This document shows, one piece after another, positions 26,087 through 38,919 of a DNA stretch of 64,000 nt. Position 1 is the first letter of the stretch. Each line of letters opens with the position of its first letter. The position numbers were made by a program, and so were the translations under genes. The notes beneath the pieces were generated by a model that did no database searches, was not told the origin of the DNA, and saw only the letters and a list, made by a program, of their open reading frames with translations. Source of the DNA: Neoechinorhynchus agilis (taxonomy: Eukaryota > Animalia > Acanthocephala). The stretch lies in contig CM121341.1 in the NCBI GenBank assembly GCA_051530055.1, positions 18,082,784 to 18,146,783 on the forward strand, given 5' to 3'.

Positions 26087-29000
26087 AAACTGTTATATGC
26101 CTAGCAGTCCTCGTCCTCAATTGTCGCCCGAATGCTTGCAGTGTTGCCTCTCAACACGGCGATGCTGATATTTTGAACCAGGTATTGACCTGACCTTGCA
26201 TCGCCGGTTGTAACCTGAAGGCGTCGCTTCAGATCCTTCAGAAGTTGAAGAGCCTCGCTACCAAGAGATCCGTAGGTCTCACCCTAAAAAGGTGCAAACA
26301 CGTGGGCCCGGGCTAAATCGAGGTATTTCGCCGTTTTCCGTCATTCCGCAGCGCTCGCTGCACCTCCAGCTTGAACCGCCGAGAACTTGAGATTGCTGGC
26401 CGCGAGTGTATCGACACAAGCGGCGTCCCAGAGGAGGCATTTACCCTCCCGCCACGGAAATACGGTCACCCCATCAGGTCTACGCCCGTCGTCCCTACAG
26501 AGGTTGGCAGGTTCCAAAATATTGGGGGCATGTACCGCACAACAAGTGCCCGGCTCAGCACCATGTTAATTTCGGCATGTCTTGCGAATCTGCCGGCTGA
26601 TTTTCTACAGATGAGACCATAACGTCCCGACGAATCCACATTTGCACCGCAGCGGCAACGGTGGGGATGACACATCGGTAGTCCTAGTCTCATTGAAACT
26701 CCGGCCCGTACTGCCTCGTCGAAGAGGAGAGTCTCCACGGATGCCATCGGGACCGCGTTCAACCAAGCACCTGATTCTCTAGTGGAGACTGCCAACAACC
26801 TGGCACGGACAACGTCGACGCTTGAGTCTGATAAGAGAGAGCTTTGAACTCTTGCGACGAGAGGTCGATCCCACAAAGATTGTTTTTGGCCATTCACAAT
26901 GTACTTGATCGAAGTTGGTCAGTGTACTCCACTCACTGATTCCCTCTTTAAAATGCCTGTCAAGATGATAATTAGATTTCAAAATGCGCTGAACTGCGCT
27001 TCTGCTTTCCTCATAGGAGCCTAAAAATGTCCGCAGATTTTCGGATGCCCAACCCGACAGAAGATACAGGCAAGGATGCTTGTCGCCATGCCTCTTCTGA
27101 CAGCTGGACATTTAAAACTTGCTCGAGACAGTCCCTCAATCTGTCATCTAACTTGCCAAGTTGAACCTTGTGCTTGAAAAACGGCACAGTGCGTAGAGCA
27201 TAAAGGAACTTGGCGATGAAGAGTGTTCTTTATCAAGAACAGAGCCTCATGTGATCCAAGCTCACAGACCCTATCGCAAAGCACCGATAATTTCTGTTAA
27301 TTTCCTGTTCGACATTACCATCAAAGACGCAACTGCCCAAAAGCTAAAGCCGGTCTAGGTCGATTATTTCTGTCCTGGGTGCAACATTTTCAAAGTCGCG
27401 CTTTATCTCGTCTTTTGCAGCACCCCTCTCTATATTACAGAATAGAATTTCGCACTTTTCTGTGCTCAATTCAATGCCTAGGTTACTTGCCTCTATCTTG
27501 ATTTTCTTTAGGTCACGAAGAACTACCTGGGGATCGCCTTCTAGCGTAGCATCGTCCAGGTACCAGGCATTGAATTCCGCATCAAGACAGTGCGCTAATT
27601 CGTTTATTGTGAGCGCGAAACCAATTGGACCTAACGGGTCTACCTGTTGAACTCCTCTTTCGGAAGGAATGATTGAACACAAGAGGGGTCGCAGCTCCCT
27701 ACGAATTTATAAAATACCCGTAAGCCTCCGGTGCGTGATCTCTGACAGCTTTTAAGAGTGAGCCGCGATTAACGGAATTGAAGGCGTTCCGGAAATCTAA
27801 TTTCAGGATCATACACGGTTTGACGTTCTCAATAACAAATGCACGGAATGCGTGGTCTATGGCTTCCGCCCCACAAGGTTTGCAGCAACCTAGTTGAACT
27901 GGACAAAGAATTTCAGCAACACCTTCTGATGCTCGCCCAGAAATCACTTTCCCTGCTAGTCGTCTCAATGTAGAGCCGATCGCTATGGGACGAATCCCAC
28001 CGTCCTTCTTTTCTAAAGCGCAGAGGGAAGCGCCAAAAAACAATTCGATCGCTTTAGAGAACAGGTTGTCTCCAGAGAAAACGCCGACTAACTGAGTCAA
28101 GGCGTTCAGGCGAACATGGGATTGATCACCTACGGAGAAGGACATCATGTCCTTTAGGTGCTGAAGTGGAAGCCCGTCGAGCCCATGTGCTGACCCATTT
28201 GCGAACGAAGAAACGGATGTCTTAACGACATCAACCGAAAACTCTAACGGGGTGCACGAGGGGATTATCTCCGAATATTCCAGATGACCAGTGGGTCGAG
28301 AATGTTTCTCGCTGAGAAGTTAGAGTTTTCGTATCATCTCTTGCGAATTCTTTGGTGGAGGATATAATGCGAACCGCGCCTCACATCACCATCGGCGAGT
28401 TTAGAAGACACTCTCTGGGTCATAGAACGGGTTGAAACTCGGCCCGGATTCGATGGCTTTGAGAAATCTCCCCTAAAAACGCGAGCTTTGCGTAGGACCT
28501 CTCCAAACGAGTTGTCGAAGGAAGACACCCGGCTTTTGATGAGAGTAACAAGGGACTCATCAGACGGTACTCCAGCACAAAGTACCAGTCTCGGGAATGC
28601 GAAAAGGCGTGCCCAAGATATCTCCTTATTTGTCTCGAGACAGTCGTTCAGTTCGCTACCTGAAATCGAGCGCCCTTTGGGATCCGCTTCAGGATCTTTC
28701 TGGGCAAAATGCGCACGATCTCCAGTAACGAAGGGGTGACGAGGTTCACTGAGCTAAGGAAAAGAGCTTGCCAGCAGAAGGCCGGAACCAACACATCAGG
28801 AATCCCTTGGGTTGTGAGTCCAAAATTCTCCCGATTTCGTAATTTTGATCCGTTTGTCACAGACCGGGCAATTATGTGTTGAGACCTTCGGAACTTGGGC
28901 AGCATTGGCCTCACCTCCCAGAGTACCTGAAATTTCTATTTGCTGCTTGTTCTCTACAGGTTGTTCGGACCAAAGTTGATTTTGAATTTGCAACGTCGGT

Positions 29001-29127
29001 CCTCTCGTGATCCGCGTGATTAACAGGTGGCGCGTTGAGGGGGCCTGCGTCAGCACCTTCGGGCGTGGGCGGTGCGACGTGCGGCGAATGGTGGTAAGCG
29101 AGGGGACGGCGGTGGAATCGTTGACAT
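26087..29127 (-). mobile_element. Near full-length but disrupted CRE-clade retrotransposon
   Basis: ATG at 29127 (MSTIPPPSP), N-terminal CPVCDKRIKITKSGEFWTH knuckle, GGIRPIAIGSTLRRL, DFRNAFN, DPLGP, AWYLDDAT, CRCG..GLIC...RH and RPDG endonuclease. Many stops and frameshifts. Confidence 0.93.
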
Positions 29128-29931
29128 GCCGATTGTTTTAGATTTTCGCTTGTTAGTTCGGGTCTTATTTAGAGATATTACTGGTTGCACAAGCACTTGT
29201 GTCCATTGTTGACAAAAAGTTCGGATTCGTTTTCATTATAATTTTTCTTCATTGGCAAATGACGTTGATTGTAAGTTTTTAAATATCCGGGATTATGATC
29301 ACCACACCTTTATTCCGATGATTTCTCTCGGTGGTTAATATCATTTTCTGTTGTTCACAGCGATCCTTTGTGTCACTCATTATTAGATTTCAACTTTAGA
29401 TATAACGTCTGATTGGACGGCACTCCGTAGCATTGTTTAGACGTGTTAGGAAGGATTAATTTTAAATTCATCAATCGCTCTCAAATATCGTTTGCATATA
29501 GATTGATAATGTGATGTTCATTAAGATCCACTAAAATCGATCCTGAATTGAAATGTAGTTTAGTACTCTTGTTCGCCATTTTGCCGAGATTTCCCCTGCG
29601 CTAATTTTAGCACACTCAGATATTAAAGTTTAATGCCCTTACTGAACCGCTGACGCGTCCTAAATCGAACGAAAAAGAAAAATGATCGCAGAAATCTGAA
29701 CAGTAACGCAGCTCTTTTCCTTTAAATTCAATCAAATCCAAGTCTAACTTTTCAAACCGTCAACCAGTTGATGTTCGGAGTCTCTGCGGACGTTTTCGAT
29801 CCGTCCATTACCATCATTCGAATGAATGGTCCAGAGATCTTGTCCTTACTTCTTTTCGAATCCTTCGATGACCTTAAAGTGTTTATGGTCAAGTGCCTCA
29901 ACCTCAAAAAAATTGCACATGTGAAATCCAC

Positions 29932-30215
29932 CGCAAAACTCCCTTATCTTTATTTTCTTTGGTGCCCTCTGAGATGCATAAAAGAGCATCGAGTCTTCAT
30001 TGGGCAATGGCACGAGGCTGACGCTTACTGTTAAAGTGTTTTATTCCCACTTAAATGTACGTTTTGACCTCAAAGCCACAATTTTGGAATGTGCACGCTA
30101 TAAAAGTTGAAACTTTTACCATTAGTGCGTCATCGTCAGAAGTCGAAACAAGACTTTAACCTAAAGTTGAAAAGAACGTTGAAATCTTTAACATTTTATT
30201 CACTCTTTTACTGTG
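29932..30215 (-). repeat. Dispersed repeat copy 2 (see 22444-22762), with a hammerhead-like motif
   Basis: Minus strand reads CTGACGA-TGAC-(about 70 nt insert)-GGTC-AAAACGTAC...AATAAA. Confidence 0.75.
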
Positions 30216-30293
30216 TTTGTTTCATAAGTAAAAATTGCATTGAAATTAGTTCGTTCAAAAGTGATTTGGCAGTTGAAAAAACTTGCAAACAAA

Positions 30294-30340
30294 CTGATGA
30301 TGAACCCGACGATGTTCGCAAAACGTCTTTTATAAATAAT
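30294..30340 (+). ncRNA. Degenerate minimal hammerhead-like motif (Penelope-type)
   Basis: CTGATGA-T-GAAC-ccgacgat-GTTC-GCAAAACGTC. Stem II and the palindromic ACGT stem III are present, but GAAA is altered. Confidence 0.4.
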
Positions 30341-30344
30341 CATC

Positions 30345-32400
30345 TACCGGGTATAGACCTATACAATAATTACAGTACCGGACGAAATGGGGTCGGAGTA
30401 ATTTTGAGCAACACGTATACAGACAGAGTGATCGAAGTGAACCGAAAAAGCGATAAAATGATGTGGATCAGGATAGATCTTGGAGGTCAATGTATGGTGA
30501 TAGTGTCCTGTTATGCTCCACAAGCCGGCCTTCCACAGCACGAGAAAGACGAGTTTTGGGAAGACTTGTATGACGTTATGCGAAATGTAACGAAAGAGGA
30601 TCGATACGCTGTTTGTGGGGATTTCAATGGTCACGTGGGAGCTGAGAACGTAGGATGTCACCAAGTGCATGGTAGAAAGGGCCTCGGAAACAGAAATCAG
30701 AAGGGCGAATGTATTGTGGATTTCGCATTAGCAAACGATTTGAGGATCGCAAACACATTTCTTCAGAAACCGACGAGACACCTTGTCACATATAGTAGCG
30801 GTGGACGACAAACTCAAATCGACTACATTCTGTATCCACAAAGTAAATGGAAAGAAGTTAGACTCAAAAATTGTTCTAGGAGAAATATGCACCACAGAAC
30901 ATCGACCATTATTGATTGATCTTCAAATTCGAAACATCAATCGAAGAAAATATCAGACAAATCGCAAGATCAAATGGTGGCGCGTCGAAGAACCGCAAAG
31001 CCGAGACAAGTTCAAGTAGATGGTGATCGGCAATATAGAGTATGACATCGAGGAACCTAATGTTTGGTGGACTAAAACAGCAGAGTTCATACGGTGCGTC
31101 GGAAGGGAAACTTTCCTGCAAACCTCCGGGAGAAAAAGACCTAAAAGGACAACTTGGTAGTGGAACGATGCAGTCCGGATAGCAGTGACGGCCAAAAAAG
31201 AGGCCAAAAAGAAGATGGACCTTGATAGATTTGAAGAAAACAAGAAAATATACAAGGAGGCCAAAAGAAGAGCAAAGGTAGCGGTGTTGATTTCGAAGCA
31301 AGAAGCAGATGCGGCTTTCTATTCGAGGATACAGGAGGAAGGAAATTCGTATGTATTCAAAGTTGGAAGAATCAAAGAGCAAAAATCGAAAGACGTAACG
31401 AGTGTGAGGCAAGTCAAAGATAACGAAGGTAACGTTTTGCACAACGATGAAAACATTCGAGAGAGATGGAAAAGTTATTTCGAACAACTTCTGAATTCCG
31501 AAAATCGCTGAGGAAAAAGTGGAAATGAAAGGTCGAATCAAGGATTATTACAAATCATATCGAATAAGAAGTCAGGATAGCTCTTTCCAAAATGAAAAAC
31601 GGCAAAGCGACCGGACCAGATGTAATACCTATAGATTTCTGGAAAGTCTTGGGAGATGATGCTATTCATTTATTGACTAAATTTGTACGACGTATCTTCG
31701 ATACTGAGCGGATTCCAGACGAATGGAGGCGAAGTATTATGATCCCGATTTTCAAAGGAAAAGGGATGTAAAAGATTGCAGCTGCTACAGAGGAATCAAA
31801 TTGGTATGTCACACGATGAAGCTGTACGAGCGAATAATTGGCCGACGCTTGAGGAGTGAAATATCAATATCTGAAATTCAGAGAGGCTTTATGCCAGCCA
31901 GAAGTAGCATAGATGCAATATTTGCAATGAGACAGTTGTACGAAAAGTGCTATGAAAAGCAGAAAGAGCTGCACAGTGTCTTCATTGACCTCGAAAAGGC
32001 CTACGATACCGTCCCCAGAGATCTGATATGGATGTGCCTGAGCAGGAAATTCTGTCCAGCGGTATACGTTCGAGTAATACAAGATATGTACAAGGAATGC
32101 AAGGTAATGGTAAGAACCCCGGTCGGAAACACGAGCGAATTCCCCGTGAAAGCTGGACTACATCAAGGATCAGCACTAAGTCCATATTTATTCGTGATAA
32201 TCATGGACGTAATCAGCGAACCGCTAAATAGAGGTGCTCCGTGGAATATTTTATTTGCTGATGATATTGTATTGTCGAGCCATACATGCCAAGAACTACA
32301 TTAAGACCTGGAAAAATGGAGATAGGCCCTGGGAGGAAATGGTCTACATATCTCGAGGGATAAAACCGTCTATGTCGGACCGAAAAGCATTTGCTTACAA
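30345..32400 (+). mobile_element. RTE-clade LINE (APE plus RT), frameshifted and 3'-interrupted by a CRE fragment
   Basis: NGVGVIL, VSCYAPQ, GDFNGHVG and QIDYIL (APE); YRGIKL, FIDLEKAYDTVPR, GLHQGSALSP and LFADD (RT). Confidence 0.92.
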
Positions 32401-33312
32401 GATACGCAACTGAACGATGGGATGTGCACATCGGTAACCCAAGTCTCACGGACACCGCAATCCTTACGGTCTCGTCGGAGAGAAGGGTACCCACCGAAGC
32501 GATTGGGATAGCGTTGAGCCAAGCACATGATTCTCTTGTAGAGACTGCCGCCAATCGAGTTCGGTTCACCAGGTCACGATAATCTGTTATTAAAGAGTTG
32601 TGAATTCTCGCTACAAGGGGTGAGTCCAAAACTGATTGTTTGCAACCATTGATGGGTATCAGCTCGCTGCCTGAATCTCCACACCAAAGATTAAGCGCCT
32701 CCACGATATCTTCATTTTGCGGCTTGCTTCATACGATCCTAAATAAGCTTGCAGAGAAATATCGGCTGCTTTTCGGATATCCAAACCGCCCGACAACATA
32801 GGCAAAGACGTTTGACGGTAGGCCTCGTCCGACAGCTGAGTATTTAAAATTTTCTCGAGAAAGGCTTTCACCGTCCCGTCTAATTTTACCAGCTTATCCT
32901 TGTGTCTAAAAAAGGTGCTGTGCGCAGCTTATATAGCGATTTCGGAATGAAAAGAGTGTTCTTGATCAGGAACAGAGCCTTGCGTGAAGATAATTCATCA
33001 ACTCGTTCGCATAGCACCGAAAGTTGCGGTTGAAGATTGGCAATCTCTGCTTTAACATTAGAACCAAAAATGTAGCTTCCTAGAATACTCAACCGGTCTA
33101 GAGTGATCAATTCTATCCCGGGGACCAGGTTCTGAAAATCTTTCACGATAGTTTGCCTGGACGCCTCATCTTCCACGTTCGTCACTAAAATCTCACATTT
33201 CGCAGCATTCAATTCAATGCCAATTTTCGCAGCCTCTTTCACGAGTGTCTCCAAATCGCGAGGTACAACAGAAGGGTTATCGCCGAGCGCGACATCGCCC
33301 ATGTACCAGACA
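32400..33312 (-). mobile_element. CRE-clade internal fragment, near-identical to 19780-20560
   Basis: DVALGDNPSVVPRDL, NTLFIPK and SGGLDIRKAAD; high nucleotide identity to the 20 kb copy. Confidence 0.9.
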
Positions 33313-33477
33313 TTAAAGCTGGACTAGTATAATTTTACGATAAATTAGCAATTAGGCTAGGTTAAGGATCCTTTGTGGATTTCTTTTTTTAAATAATGTA
33401 ATAACAAAATACTTAATTCGCTCGCACGATAGCCGCCATACGGATGCTCGCAGCATTTCCCTTATGTACGGCTAGAC

Positions 33478-33900
33478 TTATGTTTTGGCGCAAAAACATT
33501 GGGCGCGAGGATCCCTCGTAATCCTCACCAGTCTCCGCCCTATTTCCTTGGTCAGTGCCAAGGCAGCCTCCCCCAGCGACCCATAGGTTTCGATGCCGAA
33601 CGGATTGAAGATAAAATCTGCAATGAAGTTGCTGTATTTTGCAACCTTCCTTCTCTCCCCAGCACTGGCGACTTTGCCTTCATGTGGGCAAGGTTCTTTG
33701 CCCCCATGATAATTCGTCAAAGCTCACATTTAGAACGCTCTCAAGTTTGTTGCGTACAAGGTTGTTGAAGATTGGAGTGGTTCTGAACTTGTAGAAGGCT
33801 TTGGTATGTAGAGGCAATTTTGGATGAGAAAAAGTGATCCGTGGGCTTTTAGCTTTGAAACCCTCCAACATAGCAGCTCCAGACTGGGTAGTATGCTTTC
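33478..33900 (-). mobile_element. Internally deleted CRE-clade fragment (different subfamily)
   Basis: FSHPKL...FRTTP...LESVLNVSFDELSWGQ joined to AGERRKVAKY...FNPFGIETYG...TGDPRA-like text. Confidence 0.8.
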
Positions 33901-34199
33901 TATATCCATTGGAACGTTCTCCCCTTACATGCATGAACCTAGCAAATTAAGCTGATCGTGCTGAATCAGCCTCAAGCCTGGTGCGACGAAGGTAAAGTCG
34001 CGAAGTACGCTGGCCCGGTTCACCTCCTCCATGTTAATTAACAGGAGCTCACGCTTCGAGAAGTTGAGCTCAAAAAATGCTGAAATCGTTTCCGGAATTT
34101 TTTTCAGGTCCTTTAAAACAATCTTCGGCTTGTCTATAAGAGTAGCGTAATCTAAATATCAGCGTTACTTCCCAACACGTCTTGACGTTTCCATCGACA

Positions 34200-35420
34200 G
34201 CATTCACAAATATCGACGCCTACTCGTTCGCCTCTAAACTTCCTCCCGCGAACTCTGACAACCCTTCTGGCCATATCACTCCCTCCTGCACGTCAAAAAC
34301 ATGAGCAATTTAATCTTGAAACATCAGAGCACCTACAATTTTGTCAAATTGTTCAATTCTATGATTCACACCCTCCACCCTGACGCCATGTCCTCCCAAA
34401 CCTCAATCACGAAATATTTTCCAACTTCGGCAATTCCCAAGAAATTCATTAGAATATCCAACCGTAACCCACCTCGAAAGCAAGCATCTACGGGCCATCG
34501 CAATAAATCTCCCGACTTTCCCCGTGTACAAAAAGCACTAACTCAAAAAATATTAGTTGCCCACAAAAACTTCCTTTTCTCCAAAATTCGTTCGGGTGAC
34601 AATTCAACGTGGTGGCGAGCCGTCAAGGACTCTGTTGGTCGACGCAATACAGATCCATTTCCAAATTTGTCCTCTTCTGAACTAACACATGTTCTAGACT
34701 CCATCAATCAGAATTTCTGTCCAGACTCAAACTACAACTACTGTCCCACCTCAGACCCCACACAAACTATCAATCGTACAAATGACACATCTGTCAACCC
34801 TCCAATGTTCCCCATACTTTCGTCATATGAAGTCCTCCTATATCTCAAGAAATTTCCTCGAAATTCGCCCCCTCAATTCAAAATCCCAAACATGGCTCTT
34901 CGCTGCATTATCCCCGAACTCATAGATTCTGTTACCCCCATTACAAATCGCAATTTTTATATGGCATCTACTACTCATGCCCGAAAACTGCTAAAGTGAT
35001 TCTTTTTTCGGAAAATGGACATCCGATTTCCATCGAACCATTCCGTCTAATATCAATTCTGTCCCGAAAGCTCACCTTTTTTTCACTTCTCAACAATAAA
35101 CTATCGCCCACGCAATTCGGCTTCCGACCCAAATTTTCCCGCAATTTAGGAGTCCTTTCGCCCGATCTATCCAAATTTTGCTACAGCTTTATCCAACCTT
35201 CCTTCGCCTACGATTATCCCGCCTTTTGCTCTAAAATTTGCACAGCTCATTTTCCCCGCTCATCGAATGCATCTATAAATTTTCCAAGAAACAATCAAAG
35301 CGCCTCTCAATCATACCACCACAATTTATCACATTTTATTCACCTTTTCACACGAGCAAAAAGCTCGCAATCGCAATTCTTTTCACCCTCCTTTACCTCG
35401 CACCTTCCTCTACCACCTGC
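34200..35420 (+). mobile_element. Degenerate CR1/L2-type LINE (tether plus RT N-terminus)
   Basis: STWWRAVKDSVGR, PISIEPFRLISILSRK and LSPTQFGFRP. Confidence 0.75.
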
Positions 35421-35432
35421 CCAGTCTCGTCT

Positions 35433-35640
35433 TCAGATTCCGGCCTGTTTGTCCGATGTAACTGCCGTTGCATTGGCCAGCACAGAAGGTCGGAAGTAGA
35501 ATTGGCATTTTATTGGTATACCGGTTCTTTTAACTATCCCAGAAATTTTGTTTCGCCAACAGTTGGTCTGTGGGCGTATATCCGGCAATCCAATGCATAG
35601 GCCCATTCGATTTGGGCCCATGACTGTTTCTTTTAACTGA
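35433..35640 (-). mobile_element. Possible Penelope-like RT remnant
   Basis: GLPDIRP...ISGIVKRT...FYFRPSV resembles the Penelope GLPKIHKP..RPIISGI.SPT...LKP pattern. Weak, by-eye match. Confidence 0.25.
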
Positions 35641-35906
35641 ATGTTTTTCGCACGTTCCACTTACTCTCGCGCTGAATTAAAAACATCTCTTGCTGAAAAT
35701 TCGTTTCAACTGTTGGATTTCGTCTGTGAGGGCACTCCTTAATGCAGAGGTTGTAAGCATGGTGCAAAAACATTTGAATATACCAATTTTAGTGCGTTTG
35801 TTATGGGCACTCGTATTCTGTCTATCGTGACTTGCTTTTTATTATTTGTCAAAATTAACTTTTAGACCAATTAATTTTATTTTAAATAGAAAAATACTGC
35901 GTTTAT

Positions 35907-36359
35907 TCATCTGATCAATCCAAACACAACGTGATGCAAGTCTAATCCCTCATAGCTCCGTGAAGCCAACCACGGAATCTTATAAACATGCTGGTTAGCC
36001 TTCAATTCTATATCCATATCACTACGCTCAATCCTATGGTCGATCGATTCTTTAAGTCGCTTCGATTGATCTCGTCTCAATTTCGCAATTTCACGCAACC
36101 GGCGTTTTCTGTTCGTTCTCAATTTGGGTTTTCCCATTTTAACAAGTTCATTGTTATAAATTCTGATCGGTTGCATAGAAAATACATTGTAGTCACGTAC
36201 CCATGAATCCTCTTCGGGGCCGTTCCATTCAATTTTAAAAAACAAAGCTTTGTTTACTATAGCGTGGTCGAGGATCCTATTCACTTCATATATTCCCTTT
36301 TCTTGACAAACCAATACATGCTTAGTTTTATGAGATATTTTCCCAGCTAGTTTCGGCAT
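35907..36359 (-). CDS. Single-exon chromodomain protein (150 aa)
   Basis: IYEVNRILDHAIVNKALFFKIEWNGPEEDSWV matches the chromodomain core and is followed by a basic helix-like segment. The ORF is intact. Confidence 0.72.
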   Translation of the reverse strand: MPKLAGKISHKTKHVLVCQEKGIYEVNRILDHAIVNKALFFKIEWNGPEEDSWVRDYNVFSMQPIRIYNNELVKMGKPKLRTNRKRRLREIAKLRRDQSKRLKESIDHRIERSDMDIELKANQHVYKIPWLASRSYEGLDLHHVVFGLIR

Positions 36360-36949
36360 TTATAAAAGCTTTACAGGCTAAAAAACAAATGGTCGACCAT
36401 CGCAACGTTCAATCGTCACACGTTGCAATTTTCAACTGAAACGCGATGTAATTTAATATTTTGATTAAAGTAGAACTTAAGTAAAAATATTGGGGTAGCT
36501 CAAGGAAGCTTATGAAATATCTCGATACCAAGATGATTCACGCATAAATACCGATCAGAGTTTTGCATTTCTTCTTTTGGCTTTCAAACTGCGAGCTAAA
36601 AAATAAGGTAGATCGTCCGTATCAAAATGGATTAGACAATAAAAATTTCCCCTTAAAAAGCACGAAGCATTTATGGCAGGAAGTCTCTGAACTATATCCG
36701 TAATTCAATTACATATTTTCAACCGACAATAAAGCAAACAAAATGCGCCATTGTATCACATTAAAAAATAGAAAGATAAATGTGTAAAAGAAGGTTTTGC
36801 CACCACAATAGTATTTAGTCCGGTCGAATACAAAAATGCTTATTTTGTACGTCGTTCGCACCGTGCAGTTGAAAAAATGAAAGTTAAAATCGCAAAAGAT
36901 CATCCCATTTCTGCAACAACAACTTTCTTCGTGCTTTTCCCTTCTCGGG

Positions 36950-37780
36950 TTCGCACAAAAACTTGCAGACTTCACACACCCCTCCATCCCATTTCTCTCA
37001 AACGTCGGTCCTCAGCCACCCAATCTTTCCATCGGTCTCTCGGCCCTCCGCGATCCCTTCGATTTTCATTTCCTCAACTTTTCGAATAAATCGATTCGGC
37101 TCTTCACCTTTCACCATATCGCTCCATTGGATCCTTCGTTTCGCGATAGCTTCCTTCACGTCCCCCACCTTCGCTGAGCCCCGGTCCGCATTATCTGGGA
37201 TAATGTCTTACCTGGTCGCCCCACACATCCACCTCATCATGTTCATTTCGGCCCGCTGCATTCGCTTGATGTGATTGGCAGTGGTGTTCCATGTCTCCGC
37301 CCTATTTAACATGGCTGGTCTGATTTCCATCTTGAAGACTGCCTTTCAACACCAGAGGTACTTTGCTATCACACAAGATCCCAGTTAGGATTTTCCACTT
37401 CATCCATCCGCTATTTATTCTCGATGAAATCTCGGCGACGATATCGTTTTGTATCGACATTGTAGAGCCGAGGTTCTTGAATTTGTTGAATTTCCGCAGG
37501 AAAATGCTCCCAGTTCTGGAAATTTTTAGACCTTGACTTTAAAGAGCTTTCCTCCATTTCTCTAGGTCATTGTTGAGATCCTCCGAATTATAGCTGAAGA
37601 GGTCGATGTCGTCGGCAAAAAGCATGTTCCATAGCGGACCTTTACTGATCGGTTTGCTGATTTCATCCATAGTGACTACAAACAAATAAGGGCTCAAAGC
37701 TAATCCCAAGTTCACCCAGAAGATATCCGCATTACTAACTGGGGTTCTTATAATTCATTTTGCTCTGCATGTACATGTTC
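36950..37780 (-). mobile_element. RTE-clade LINE 3' fragment
   Basis: Minus strand gives PLWNMLFADD, FKNLGS, IRPAMLNRAETW, MRWMCG and KRRIQW-like fragments with frameshifts. Confidence 0.82.
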
Positions 37781-37809
37781 TGAATCGCTGTAATATAAGT
37801 CTCGGTCTG

Positions 37810-38033
37810 CAATTCTCAATTTTGTTCTTTGGTGATTATAAAAATAGGGACTAAATCAAATAAGGCTGACTACATACTAAAACATAGGATATAGCCACCC
37901 TGAACCACCTCTCGACCTTTTAGACCTGAAGAAGTCCGACGAAACGGACGAAATATTGCAATCAATAAAGCAGTCGCTATTTTTATAACTAAAGAACAAA
38001 TGAATAAATGAACTTCTTTACAATTCTCAATTT
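37810..38033 (+). mobile_element. Mini-element: 13-bp direct repeats, inverted arms, hammerhead-like core
   Basis: caattctcaattt at 37810 and 38021. Arm 37823-37852 is inverted relative to 37972-37998. Core CTGAAGA-A-GTCCG-acgaaa-CGGAC-GAAATATT at 37926-37957, followed by AATAAA. Confidence 0.7.
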
Positions 38034-38060
38034 AAACCGTAATCAGGAATGACGTACACA

Positions 38061-38434
38061 TCTCGCGTCGAGAGAGTCACTCAAGCATGAATATCTTACT
38101 CATTCAAAGAAAAGAGCGTTGGGCCTAGAAGAAGTTTCTTTTCCTAGAGACGTTCTAGGACAAGACACGATGTTTCCCGACTAAAACTCGAGATCATACT
38201 CATAGCGGTCATTTCTATAGTTTGAATCTCAACTTTCTGCACCAACAGAAAGCAAGCCACAATCTGCGAGGATGAGGAGTGGCGGGTCTGTCTACGGTGA
38301 TGCAGGGACGGTTTTGGCCTGTTCCCGAAGGTGATCGAGTCTCTTGAATGGCTTCGGCCTTCGAGGACGGCGGACTGCGCTACCTGAGCAATATGGCTCA
38401 ATAATGAAATAAAAGAAAATATTCGGTGATATGT
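38061..38434. repeat. Dispersed ~380-bp repeat, copy 2
   Basis: Matches 23924-24319. Confidence 0.85.
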
Positions 38435-38919
38435 GTAAATTGGTGGAAAGTGGATATTTTGCTGAATTCACGGTGACGTCGTACGCTTTTTATGCAAAAG
38501 CCGTGAAGAATCTGCACGCTATCACGACAGAGATGAATAACATCGTTGATTTCAGCGCCACTGTTTACTTATGGTGATTACGAACCTTCTTTAGAAGTTT
38601 CACAGAATCTTTTCCACTGTTTGTCGACCATCCAAAAAGGATGACGCCAGAACAACATTGCTCTTTACAAATCAATTGTATTTGCAACTTTCATCCTTCC
38701 AATAGCTTTTCAATAACTTATAGAAACCAGTTGAAGTCTACTGACTACTGCTCTCAAATCGCGTTTTATCTGCTCGACCAATCGACGTATTTCAATAAAT
38801 CTGATTCGCAAAATTTTCTTCGTAGTCATAAATACAGATAAATGTTCACATTCTCGATTCTTATTTTATAGTGAGAAAACGTTCTTTTTAATCATAACAT
38901 AATAAAGTACAAAACGTGC

